From Candidatus Beckwithbacteria bacterium (GTDB taxonomy: Bacteria > Patescibacteriota > Microgenomatia > UBA1400 > UBA1449), in NCBI GenBank assembly GCA_012797845.1, contig JAAZOH010000016.1, forward strand, positions 7,733 through 71,732: a DNA stretch of 64,000 bases. Reading direction: 5' to 3'. The notes below the pieces were generated by a model. That model was not told where the DNA came from and searched no databases. It saw nothing but the letters and a program-made list of their open reading frames with translations. Numbering within the stretch: the stretch's first letter is position 1; the number at the start of each line of letters is the position of its first letter. Positions 29,454-37,902 of the stretch are shown here, piece after piece. The position numbers and the translations under genes were made by a program.

Positions 29454-30608
29454 TTAACGGATTAAAACATGGACCACAGCTGTGCCCCCTGTTCCTCCCA
29501 CATTATGAGTAACTGCCACCAGGGCTTCATCAACTTGGCGTTGGCCAGCTACTTGACGCAGTTGAGTAGTAGCTTCTACGATTTGTTTTACACCAGTTGC
29601 TCCCAAGGGGTGGCCACAGGCTTTCAAGCCACCAGAAGTATTGATAGGTTGTTTTCCTCCTAACCAGGTTTCTTGCTTGGTGATATGGCCATACGCTTCG
29701 CCTTGTCTATAAAGCCCTAAATCTTCCATGGCTACAATTTCGGCAATGGTAAAACAATCATGAACTTCAACACAATTAATATCAGCAGCAGTAATACCAG
29801 CCTGGGCGTAGGCAGTTTTGGCAGCTTGTTTACTGGCTGATAAGCTGGTTAAACTTTGGCGGCTGGCCAGCGATAAGCTGTCTTGGGCTTGAGCTGAACC
29901 ATTGATATAGACTCCATTTTTGAGCTGTTTTTTCTTAGCCCAGGAAGGAGCCGCCAAAAATACGGCTGCTGCCCCATCGCTAATAGGCGAACAGTCCAAA
30001 ACTTTGAGCGGGTCAGCTACTTTTGAACTTTTAATCACTTGCTCTAAACTAATTTGATTTTGAAAATGAGCCTTTTGGTTTAAATAACCATGGTAGTGAT
30101 TTTTGACGGCTACTTGAGCCAAATCAGCTTCGCTAGCCCCAAATTTGGCAATATAAGCCTGAGCTATCAAAGCATAAAGTCCTGGAAAATTAAGACCTGC
30201 TAAGTACTCATCTTGATCCGCCGCTGCCATGATGGCTTGGCTAATCTGCTCACTATCAGCATCCGTCATTTTCTCTACTCCTATTACTAAAGCATTGGCA
30301 ATAGCTCCACTAGCAATGGCCTGAACAGCTTGGAAAACCGCCATTCCTCCCGAAGCACAAGCTCCTTCAACCCGAGTCACCGGAGCACTAATACCAAGCT
30401 CCTGAGCTAGCTGCGCTCCTAAATGTTTTTGCCCAAAGCCATTACCACCCAGCATGTTACCTATATACACAGCTTCAACTGAAGCAGTTGTAGCTCCAGC
30501 ATCAGCCAAACACCCTATAGCTGCCTCATGCATCAGATCAGTTAAACTTTGATCCCACAGTTCCCCAAATTGCGTTTGGTAGGCTCCACAGACTGCGACT
30601 TTGTTCAT
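29454..30608 (-). CDS. Acetyl-CoA acetyltransferase (archaeal/SCP2-type thiolase)
   Basis: VEGACASGG, GVEKMTD, CSPISDGAAA, EVHDCFT, GGLKACGHPLGATG, HNVGG. Confidence 0.93.
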   Translation of the reverse strand: MNKVAVCGAYQTQFGELWDQSLTDLMHEAAIGCLADAGATTASVEAVYIGNMLGGNGFGQKHLGAQLAQELGISAPVTRVEGACASGGMAVFQAVQAIASGAIANALVIGVEKMTDADSEQISQAIMAAADQDEYLAGLNFPGLYALIAQAYIAKFGASEADLAQVAVKNHYHGYLNQKAHFQNQISLEQVIKSSKVADPLKVLDCSPISDGAAAVFLAAPSWAKKKQLKNGVYINGSAQAQDSLSLASRQSLTSLSASKQAAKTAYAQAGITAADINCVEVHDCFTIAEIVAMEDLGLYRQGEAYGHITKQETWLGGKQPINTSGGLKACGHPLGATGVKQIVEATTQLRQVAGQRQVDEALVAVTHNVGGTGGTAVVHVLIR

Positions 30609-31660
30609 AGATTTCTTTCTAGTATGCCCATTGCTTGTAAATACTGGTCATAACTTAGTTGCTTAGTTTGGTTAATTTGTTTTGTAAAAGCTTCTTGTTC
30701 CTGCTTGGTTCCATTTTTAAGAACGTTAAACCAGATGATATCTGAACCTGCTCCTGAACCATAGGAGGCCAGCAGAATGTTTTGGCCTTTTTTGGCAAAA
30801 GCTAATGTCCGGCACAGACCCAGTAGCGATGAGGCTGAATAAGGATTGCCAATATCTTTGACCGTAAAACCAGCCTCAAGCTGTTTGGAGTTGATTTTGA
30901 GTTTTTGGGCTAATTTCAGAGGAAATTTACCATTGGGCATATGAAAAACAATGTGATCAAAGTCGTCTAGTTTGGCTTTAGTTTTTTGCAAAAAATAAGC
31001 CAAGTTGCTTTCGATATGGTGGAAATAGCCTGGTTCACCACTAAAACGACCGGCATGTTGGGGAAAAATCTGCTCTGGACGGCGCCAAAAATCAGGCGTG
31101 TCAGTGGCATAAGAAGAGGTCGCTACCACTTTGGCTCGACCTGGTCGGCAGCCAATAATGAGGGCTACAGCGGCACTGGCAGCCGCGTATTCTAAAACGT
31201 CACTGGGTTGGCTTTGGGCTTTATCGCTGCCGATAATCAGGGCAGCTTTAATCATTTGAGCTTCGACTAAACCACTGCCAATTTGTAAACCACTGGTTCC
31301 AGCTTTGCAGGCAAATTCCAAGTCTGCACAAAAGTAATGAGGTGATAATCCTAACCAGGAAGCCACAATACTACCCGAAGGTTTGACCGCATAAGGATGG
31401 GATTCACTACCCATCAACACTGCTCCAATTTGATTTTTGGCATAATTTGAGCCAGCTAAAGCCCGACCAGCTGCCATGATAGCCATCGTAATGGCATCTT
31501 CATCCCAGTTTGCTATCGACTTTTGATAAAGTCCTAAAGAGCTACTAATACTAGCTCCATCTTCCTGATAAGTTTGAGCAATAGTATCGACTGTAATTCG
31601 GCCCGAAGGAATATAGCTGGCAATTGTATCTAGATAAACGTGTTGTAATTTCTTAATCAT
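30605..31660 (-). CDS. HMG-CoA synthase, archaeal type
   Basis: DEDAITMA, GSESHPYAVKP, DLEFACKAGT, DTPDFWRR, HMPNGKFP, GNPYS, SYGSGAGSD. Confidence 0.95.
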   Translation of the reverse strand: MIKKLQHVYLDTIASYIPSGRITVDTIAQTYQEDGASISSSLGLYQKSIANWDEDAITMAIMAAGRALAGSNYAKNQIGAVLMGSESHPYAVKPSGSIVASWLGLSPHYFCADLEFACKAGTSGLQIGSGLVEAQMIKAALIIGSDKAQSQPSDVLEYAAASAAVALIIGCRPGRAKVVATSSYATDTPDFWRRPEQIFPQHAGRFSGEPGYFHHIESNLAYFLQKTKAKLDDFDHIVFHMPNGKFPLKLAQKLKINSKQLEAGFTVKDIGNPYSASSLLGLCRTLAFAKKGQNILLASYGSGAGSDIIWFNVLKNGTKQEQEAFTKQINQTKQLSYDQYLQAMGILERNL

Positions 31661-32801
31661 GTTTCCCTCTGCCTAAACTTTGGTGAGCACAAGCCAGTTG
31701 GTTACTAGCTAAAGCTGCAGTCAAAGATAATTCTCCTGCCAAAACCACAGCCCCAATAATTTCAGCCAAATATGAAGCACTACCTGTAAAAGGCTTATCA
31801 ATTCCTAAAATAGTCAAGGCCTCCTGCTGAGTGGGCAAATGAGTTCCTCCACCCACGGTACCCACCATAAGACTGGGCAGGTAAACTGAAAAATAAAGCT
31901 TATCTCCATCTAGTTCCGCACTGGTTACACCCAGACTACCTTCAACTATATGAGCTAAATCCTGACCAGTTGCCAGATAGGTAGCCGCAACGATATTGGC
32001 AAAATGGCCGTTATAGCCTAAAGAGCCGTGCAGAGCCGAACCCAAAAGCTGTTTTGATTGCACAGTTTCCACTATGTTTTGTGGTGAGGTTTTTAAAACT
32101 GTTTCGACAATTTCTTTGGCAATAATAGTTTCAGCCCAGACTTTTTTGCCTCGACCTGATAAAAATGTTGACCAAGCTGGTTTTTTATCAACACAAGCAT
32201 TGCCTGATAAAATTGTGGTCACTTCAAATTTTTTGCTGATAAAATCTAACATTGCCTGAGTGGCCATGGTAACCATATTCATACCCATAGCTTCGGCCGT
32301 ATCAAAACTAAAACGCAGATACAGATGTTTGCCAGCCAGCTGGTATTGCCAGTTTTGTAAGGCAAGATGTGACTCGGTTTCATGAGCCAAGGTTTTCAGT
32401 TCTTCCCAATGCGTATCAATAAAAGCAATAATTTGTCTACCTTGAGCAATGTTGGTGAGTTTGAGGTGAGGACCTCTGGAAGCCCCCACATTTTCATGAA
32501 AACTGGTAATACCACCAGACAAACGAGTCGCTTTTAAACCTCGATTAATACTGGCAAGCAAAGCTCCTTCGGTAGTTGCCAAAGGAATATCCAGCTCTTT
32601 TTGCCCAAACTGATCTGAGTTTAAAAGGAGTGGACCAGCTATTCCCATCGGTACTTGAGCAATACCAATCATTTGCTCGCAGTTGCGATTTTGAGCTAAG
32701 TTTAAGTCAATAACTGCTCCGCCAATGTGGGGTAGTTTTTTTGATAACTTAGTTTCTAGACTAGCTCGTCTATCTTGAGGATTTATAGTAGTACGGTTCA
32801 T
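31653..32801 (-). CDS. hmgA: HMG-CoA reductase, class I (NADPH)
   Basis: PLATTEGALLASINRG, AMGMNM, SGNACVDKK, ATGQD, GTVGGGT, GELSL, H..LGR. Confidence 0.95.
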   Translation of the reverse strand: MNRTTINPQDRRASLETKLSKKLPHIGGAVIDLNLAQNRNCEQMIGIAQVPMGIAGPLLLNSDQFGQKELDIPLATTEGALLASINRGLKATRLSGGITSFHENVGASRGPHLKLTNIAQGRQIIAFIDTHWEELKTLAHETESHLALQNWQYQLAGKHLYLRFSFDTAEAMGMNMVTMATQAMLDFISKKFEVTTILSGNACVDKKPAWSTFLSGRGKKVWAETIIAKEIVETVLKTSPQNIVETVQSKQLLGSALHGSLGYNGHFANIVAATYLATGQDLAHIVEGSLGVTSAELDGDKLYFSVYLPSLMVGTVGGGTHLPTQQEALTILGIDKPFTGSASYLAEIIGAVVLAGELSLTAALASNQLACAHQSLGRGKHD

Positions 32802-33175
32802 TTACTTTTTTTGATCTTAATAACTTGCCATAGCCAAAATCCTAAATAGAGAAAGCTCAGAAAAGACAGGAGTAAAACCAGACTAATCGAGGCTTTAGTT
32901 AAAAAACCCCATTGCCCTGGCGGTGCATCAATGAGTCTGCGACCAAGCCAAATAGTTGCTAAACCACCAGCAAACACATAGGCTGGAAAACCAAAAATTA
33001 AAATAATTTGCGAAAAATCCTGTTCCCGAAACATAGCTCGCACCGTCTGGAACGGATGTGTAACTAGTCCCAACCAGTTGCGGACAAAAAGATAGCCTTC
33101 TTTAATAGAAAGTAAAATGGAGTATTTAACTATCCTGGTCGAAGTAGCTTGACTGGTAAAGATAAGCTTTAGCAA
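32798..33175 (-). CDS. Small 2-TM membrane protein (start uncertain)
   Basis: Two hydrophobic helices; overlaps the sigma gene by 50 nt via a TTG start and is coupled to hmgA (ATGA). Confidence 0.6.
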   Translation of the reverse strand: MLKLIFTSQATSTRIVKYSILLSIKEGYLFVRNWLGLVTHPFQTVRAMFREQDFSQIILIFGFPAYVFAGGLATIWLGRRLIDAPPGQWGFLTKASISLVLLLSFLSFLYLGFWLWQVIKIKKSK

Positions 33176-33692
33176 AGGCTAAACGGGCTCGAGACAATCT
33201 CGATTCTGCAGCTTTATAACTGATCTGTAGCTGGGCAGCAATAGCATGCACGCTCAAACCTTCCATATATCTTAGTCGTAAAATCTTAGCATTTCCTTCG
33301 CTCAGTTTTTTAAAGGTGGCAAAAATCTTAAGTTTTGCCTCTTTTTCTTCTAAAGCCAGTTGTGGTCCCAAAGCTTTATCAACAATTTGCTCTAAAAATG
33401 GGAATTTGGAAAACAGCAAAGTTTTAATCTTTTTACGCCGGTAGTAATCAACCAACTCGTGATGGGCAATAGCTCTGACCCAGGTTTTGAAACTGCTTTG
33501 ACCTTTATAGGTAGGCAAGCTATCAAAAACAGCTAAGATAGTATCTTGAATTATTTCTTCTCTATCTCGGCTGTTGCTGATTTTATGATCAAAATACGTA
33601 GCTAAATACGGTTTTAATTTTCGGTAAAATTGCAGCACAGAGCGTGGTTTTTCCAAAATGACATTGGTAAGTTGCTGCTCATTAAATTCCAT
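33126..33692 (-). CDS. ECF (sigma-70 group 4) RNA polymerase sigma factor
   Basis: Region 2 (EEIIQDT...SSFKTWVRAIAHHELVDYYRR) and region 4 (LRYMEGLSVHAIA...AESRLSRAR). Confidence 0.93.
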   Translation of the reverse strand: MEFNEQQLTNVILEKPRSVLQFYRKLKPYLATYFDHKISNSRDREEIIQDTILAVFDSLPTYKGQSSFKTWVRAIAHHELVDYYRRKKIKTLLFSKFPFLEQIVDKALGPQLALEEKEAKLKIFATFKKLSEGNAKILRLRYMEGLSVHAIAAQLQISYKAAESRLSRARLAFAKAYLYQSSYFDQDS

Positions 33693-33693
33693 A

Positions 33694-34740
33694 TTATTTA
33701 TTTCTACTTAGCATAAATTCTAACAAATTTTTCAGCGTATCCTGATGCTTTTTATTATCTGTGAGTTCTGGGATGAGTTTCAACCCTTCTTCAAAATAGT
33801 CTTGAGCTTGAGACTGAGCCGCTTCTACTACTTTATATGTTCGCATGAATTGTTTAATAGTAGCAATATTTTGGTCGTTACGAACTTTTTTTGCAAATAA
33901 TCTTTCAAAAGTTTTTTTATCAGCCTCTTTAAGTTTTTGGTATAAAATTTCAATAAGAACCGTCCACTTAGCTTCTCTAATATCACCACTATTAGTTTTA
34001 CCAGTTTGGCTTTCATCACCAAAACTACCAATAATATCATCCTGGATTTGGAAAATCCGACCTAAGCATTGACCATATTGCTCTAATGTTGCCAGCCACT
34101 TTTTGTCTTGTTGTCCCGCTAGTATTGCCCCCAACATCAGCGGTAAAACTCCCGAATAGCTGACCGTTTTAAAATCATGGATATATTGGGCCGAGCTTTG
34201 CTTGGCAGCAAGTGATATATATGGTGTACTCATATCCCAACCTTGCCCCCAACCGACTTCTACAGCCTTTTTGAAAAAATAGTTTAAAGCTTTGATTTTT
34301 ACATCTGGTTCAAAATTGGTGTGTTCTAAAGCTAAGGGAGCTAAGTAAAAACCAATGTTGGCCGTATTAAAAGCCATGCTATAACCATAATGCAAAGGTT
34401 TATCTTGGGCCCACTGTATATGAATAGTCGGCTGACCACGTCTTACCTCATCATTATCATAAACATCATCAGCAATCAGTCCTGCGGTCTGGAGTAGCTC
34501 CACCATCATCGAAGCTTTATAGATACAAGCTTGACGTTTACCTCCTGATAAATGATACGCTAAAACAACTAATGCTCCTCGAAACTGCTTGCCTTTAGGA
34601 TAAAGCTCTACAAATTTTTCTAAAATTTGCTCTGGAATAACTCCTGTTTGTTTAGCTTGTTTTTGCCAAGAGCTAAAAAAATTTTGCCAATATGGTTTAA
34701 CTTTACTTTGATAGTCTTGCAGAAAATCTTCAATTTGCAT
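33694..34740 (-). CDS. Polyprenyl diphosphate synthase (trans-prenyltransferase)
   Basis: GKQFRG, LIADDVYDNDEVRRG (FARM), GQGWD, KT, FQIQDDIIG (SARM). Confidence 0.93.
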   Translation of the reverse strand: MQIEDFLQDYQSKVKPYWQNFFSSWQKQAKQTGVIPEQILEKFVELYPKGKQFRGALVVLAYHLSGGKRQACIYKASMMVELLQTAGLIADDVYDNDEVRRGQPTIHIQWAQDKPLHYGYSMAFNTANIGFYLAPLALEHTNFEPDVKIKALNYFFKKAVEVGWGQGWDMSTPYISLAAKQSSAQYIHDFKTVSYSGVLPLMLGAILAGQQDKKWLATLEQYGQCLGRIFQIQDDIIGSFGDESQTGKTNSGDIREAKWTVLIEILYQKLKEADKKTFERLFAKKVRNDQNIATIKQFMRTYKVVEAAQSQAQDYFEEGLKLIPELTDNKKHQDTLKNLLEFMLSRNK

Positions 34741-34746
34741 ATGCTG

Positions 34747-34768
34747 ATTGTATCAGGCCTGGTATAAT
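34747..34768. promoter_or_regulatory. Back-to-back extended -10 promoters for the MVA operon (minus) and the pilin array (plus)
   Basis: ATTGTATCAGG|CCTGGTATAAT near-palindrome: TGA-TACAAT on the minus strand and TGG-TATAAT on the plus strand. Confidence 0.65.
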
Positions 34769-34803
34769 TGGTATAGTAAAATTGTTTAAAATAACTTTAT
34801 TAT

Positions 34804-35133
34804 ATGTTTCAAGTAAATATCGGTGAAAAGTTTATTTTAGGTGAAGGAGGGGTAGGCATAGGAACCAGCAATAGTGGCTATGACACCCTGGGTATAGTGA
34901 TATCAAATTTAGTTCCTAATATTTTAGTTATTGCTAATATTATTTTGTTTTTCTTTATTTTATTTGGTGGATTTACTATCATTACAAATGCCGGCAATCC
35001 TGACAAGCAAGCTGAAGGAACCAAAACATTAACTTGGGCTTTTGTTGGTTTTTTGATTATTTTTGGAGCTTATTGGATTATGCAAATTCTTAAAATCATT
35101 ACTGGCTTTGATTTACTTAATAGCCAATTGTAA
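34804..35133 (+). CDS. T4SS pilin-like (TrbC/VirB2-type) protein 1
   Basis: TM-GGFTIITNAGNPDKQAEGTKTLTWAFVG-TM hairpin. Confidence 0.8.
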   Translation: MFQVNIGEKFILGEGGVGIGTSNSGYDTLGIVISNLVPNILVIANIILFFFILFGGFTIITNAGNPDKQAEGTKTLTWAFVGFLIIFGAYWIMQILKIITGFDLLNSQL

Positions 35134-35142
35134 AATATACGT

Positions 35143-35505
35143 ATGTTACTTTCACCATTAATCGGTCAATTTACTCCGCCTCCTCAATTTAAAGGACTTT
35201 TAAACCCGAATGGATACGCAGCTGATCCAAGTGGTTTGATCATGCTTATTAGTAATTTGGTTAAATTTTTTATCATTCTGGGTGGTTTAGCTGCATTTGT
35301 CAATTTTCTATTGGCTGGTTTTCAATATATTACCCAAGGAGACAAACCGGATGAACTTTCCCGAATTCATACTAAAATGTATATGTCGATTATTGGCTTA
35401 GTAGTCATGGTAAGCGCAGTAGTATTAACTGGAATTATCAGCTTTATTTTATATGGCGATCCAAGTTTTATTTTAAACCCACAGGTATATGGACCAAATC
35501 CATAA
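35143..35505 (+). CDS. T4SS pilin-like protein 2
   Basis: AGFQYITQGDKPDEL...MYMSIIGL two-TM hairpin. Confidence 0.75.
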   Translation: MLLSPLIGQFTPPPQFKGLLNPNGYAADPSGLIMLISNLVKFFIILGGLAAFVNFLLAGFQYITQGDKPDELSRIHTKMYMSIIGLVVMVSAVVLTGIISFILYGDPSFILNPQVYGPNP

Positions 35506-35511
35506 AAAGGT

Positions 35512-35961
35512 ATGAAATATCTAAAACAAATTTCAATATTTTTTGTTTTACCAATACTATTATTTTTATTGAGCACAACTGCTTTAGCTCAGTACGCCAC
35601 TCCTTTAAATCCTGGCAAGGGTCTTGATGGTGGCATTGGTCCTTATAATGTCCCCATTGGTTCGGGTGATATAGCTTATCTATCAAAATTGGAGTCAATT
35701 TTTTCCATAGTAGTCAGTTTTATGACTATTTTGACTGGCTTATTTTTTATTATTCATTTTGTAATTGGTGGGTTTACCTGGTCTACAGCTGGTGGAGATA
35801 GTCAAAAAGTAGAAACAGCTAAAACTAAAATGACTAATGCTGCTATTGGGTTGATTATTGTAATTGCCTCTTATTCGATTATTTATATTATTGGCAAAGT
35901 ACTTGGTTTGGATATACTTAATGTTGGCAGTTTGATTTATACATATTTACGTCCTAGTTAA
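35512..35961 (+). CDS. T4SS pilin-like protein 3
   Basis: Signal peptide (ALAQ) and GGFTWSTAGGDSQKVETAKTKMTNAAIGLIIV. Confidence 0.85.
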   Translation: MKYLKQISIFFVLPILLFLLSTTALAQYATPLNPGKGLDGGIGPYNVPIGSGDIAYLSKLESIFSIVVSFMTILTGLFFIIHFVIGGFTWSTAGGDSQKVETAKTKMTNAAIGLIIVIASYSIIYIIGKVLGLDILNVGSLIYTYLRPS

Positions 35962-35966
35962 TATTT

Positions 35967-36326
35967 ATGGCTTTTTTGCAATTTATCCAGATTCCTGGTC
36001 TTTCAGGTATTAAAAATAGCGTTATCAATTCCAGTGAAGGAACGTATAGCGGAGTTGATAATTCAAGTCCTTTAGCTGCCCTGATTGCTAGATTGTGGTT
36101 AGTAGCTGTTATCCTAGGCTCACTGGCTGTAATATTATTTCTAGTCATGGGAGCCATAGATTGGATTTCGAGCGATGGAGATCCTGAAAAAATTAAAAAG
36201 GCTCGTAATAAAATCGTTGATGCTGTTGTTGGTTTGGGAATATTAGTAGCTTCGTTTGCTATTGTGAAATTTTTAGAATGGATATTTGGATTTGATATAT
36301 TAAATATTTCTTGGCCAACTCCATGA
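35967..36326 (+). CDS. T4SS pilin-like protein 4
   Basis: GAIDWISSDGDPEKIKKARNKIVDAVVGL. Confidence 0.85.
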   Translation: MAFLQFIQIPGLSGIKNSVINSSEGTYSGVDNSSPLAALIARLWLVAVILGSLAVILFLVMGAIDWISSDGDPEKIKKARNKIVDAVVGLGILVASFAIVKFLEWIFGFDILNISWPTP

Positions 36327-36784
36327 AAATTAAAACCCTAATCATTTCATGTATTGCTGCTTTTTTTGCCTTTCTTTTTCAAAGTGAGCTGGTTTTTGCT
36401 CAGGTAAACACCGATATTGGTTCAGCTGTATCCCAACATGGATTTTTTAAAGATAATATCGGTACTTTTATTACACAAATCATTAATACTGGTCTTATTT
36501 TAGGTGCTATTCTTTGTCTGTTTTATCTTATTATTGGAGCTATTGAATGGATTACCTCTGAAGGTGATCAAAATAAAAATGAATCAGCTCGAAAAAGAAT
36601 TACTGCTGCAGTAGTCGGTTTAGGGGTTATGGCTTGTATTTATGCCTTATGGGTCTTAGTATTGTATTTCTTTGGTATTGATAAGATTTCTAATTTTAAT
36701 ATTGGCAGTAATCTAAAACACAATTTTTCAAATGTAAGTTCACTATTGAATCATGATGGGATTAGTTATCCTGGTTCTTGCTAA
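36323..36784 (+). CDS. T4SS pilin-like protein 5
   Basis: Signal peptide (VFAQ) and GAIEWITSEGDQNKNESARKRITAAVVGL; ATGA-coupled to pilin 4. Confidence 0.85.
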   Translation: MKIKTLIISCIAAFFAFLFQSELVFAQVNTDIGSAVSQHGFFKDNIGTFITQIINTGLILGAILCLFYLIIGAIEWITSEGDQNKNESARKRITAAVVGLGVMACIYALWVLVLYFFGIDKISNFNIGSNLKHNFSNVSSLLNHDGISYPGSC

Positions 36785-36826
36785 TCTCTGATAACTTTTA
36801 GGAGTTAGTGTGAATAAATATCTCTC

Positions 36827-36860
36827 TTGACTTAGCAAAATCTTAAAGTCATAGTATAAT
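36827..36860 (+). promoter_or_regulatory. Probable sigma-70 promoter for pilin 6
   Basis: TTGACT at 36827 and overlapping CATAGT/TATAAT at 36850-36860; SD GAAAGGCGGTGA before ATG 36939. Confidence 0.55.
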
Positions 36861-36938
36861 AATAGTAAGATAGAATATAAAAAGTATTATTAATATTTTA
36901 ATAAATAATTTACAATTCTTTTGAAAGGCGGTGACAGT

Positions 36939-37331
36939 ATGAAACAAGTTACACAAAAAATCATTCAAGCAGCATTGACAGCTGGTGCTGTTATTTTCAC
37001 TACTGTCAGCCCAATACTGGCTCAGGGGAACATAACCATCGAGGAGCCCACTGGTGGAGTTAAAGATTTTGGAAAACTCTTATCTGCTGGTATTCAAACT
37101 GCTATTATTCTTGCAGCCATTCTAACCTTTGCTTTCTTGATTTGGGGAGGTATTCAATGGATTACATCCGGAGGCGATAAAGCTGCTTATGAAGCTGCAA
37201 GAGGTCGAATTACTGCAGCTTTAGTAGGGCTTGCTATTGTAGCCGCAGCTTGGGCTGTTATGAAACTAGTTGGTTATTTCTTTGGAGTTAACGTTTTTGA
37301 TTTTGAAATTCCAACTGCATCAGGAAGTTAG
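36939..37331 (+). CDS. T4SS pilin-like protein 6 (probable major pilin)
   Basis: Signal peptide (ILAQ) and WGGIQWITSGGDKAAYEAARGRITAALVGL; own promoter, SD and terminator. Confidence 0.88.
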   Translation: MKQVTQKIIQAALTAGAVIFTTVSPILAQGNITIEEPTGGVKDFGKLLSAGIQTAIILAAILTFAFLIWGGIQWITSGGDKAAYEAARGRITAALVGLAIVAAAWAVMKLVGYFFGVNVFDFEIPTASGS

Positions 37332-37353
37332 TTTATTCTAAATGCATAAATTT

Positions 37354-37382
37354 AAAAACCCGGCTTTGCCGGGTTTTTTGTT
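37354..37382 (+). terminator. Intrinsic terminator after pilin 6
   Basis: AAAAACCCGGC-TTT-GCCGGGTTTTTTGTT. Confidence 0.9.
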
Positions 37383-37418
37383 GCGTTAATATAACTATCA
37401 TGAGAAAATAGTGAATAT

Positions 37419-37844
37419 ATGAAATTGAGCAAAACTCTACTAGCTTCTCCTTTTTTTATTACTTACTTTTTACTGTTCACTGCTAGTGAGGCTTTTGCTC
37501 AATCTAATTGGTATAGCTCCCAAGATGGTAGTAAACCAGCTACCTTTAAAGATTTAGAAATTGTCTTTAGTAATATTTTAGGTTTATTTATTCCTTTGGC
37601 TGGAGCCGCTGTTTTTATTATGATCATTATTGGTGGATTTACCTATATGACTTCTGGCGGCAATCCCGAAGCAAATGCTAAAGCAGGAACCACTTTAACC
37701 TGGGCAGTAGTCGGACTTTTATTTCTTTTAGGTGGTTGGTTTATCCTCCGTTTTATTAGCAACTTTACTGGTGTTGATGTGACTATCTTTACTATTCCTG
37801 CTCCCGCTTCAACCCCTAATCCTTATAGTCAGATGGGTTTTTAG
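37419..37844 (+). CDS. T4SS pilin-like protein 7
   Basis: Signal peptide (AFAQ) and IGGFTYMTSGGNPEANAKAGTTLTWAVVGL. Confidence 0.88.
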   Translation: MKLSKTLLASPFFITYFLLFTASEAFAQSNWYSSQDGSKPATFKDLEIVFSNILGLFIPLAGAAVFIMIIIGGFTYMTSGGNPEANAKAGTTLTWAVVGLLFLLGGWFILRFISNFTGVDVTIFTIPAPASTPNPYSQMGF

Positions 37845-37902
37845 TTTTTTATCTTAGATACTTCCCTCTACTCTAAGCTTTCTCTCTTGTTATAATGTAG
37901 AT

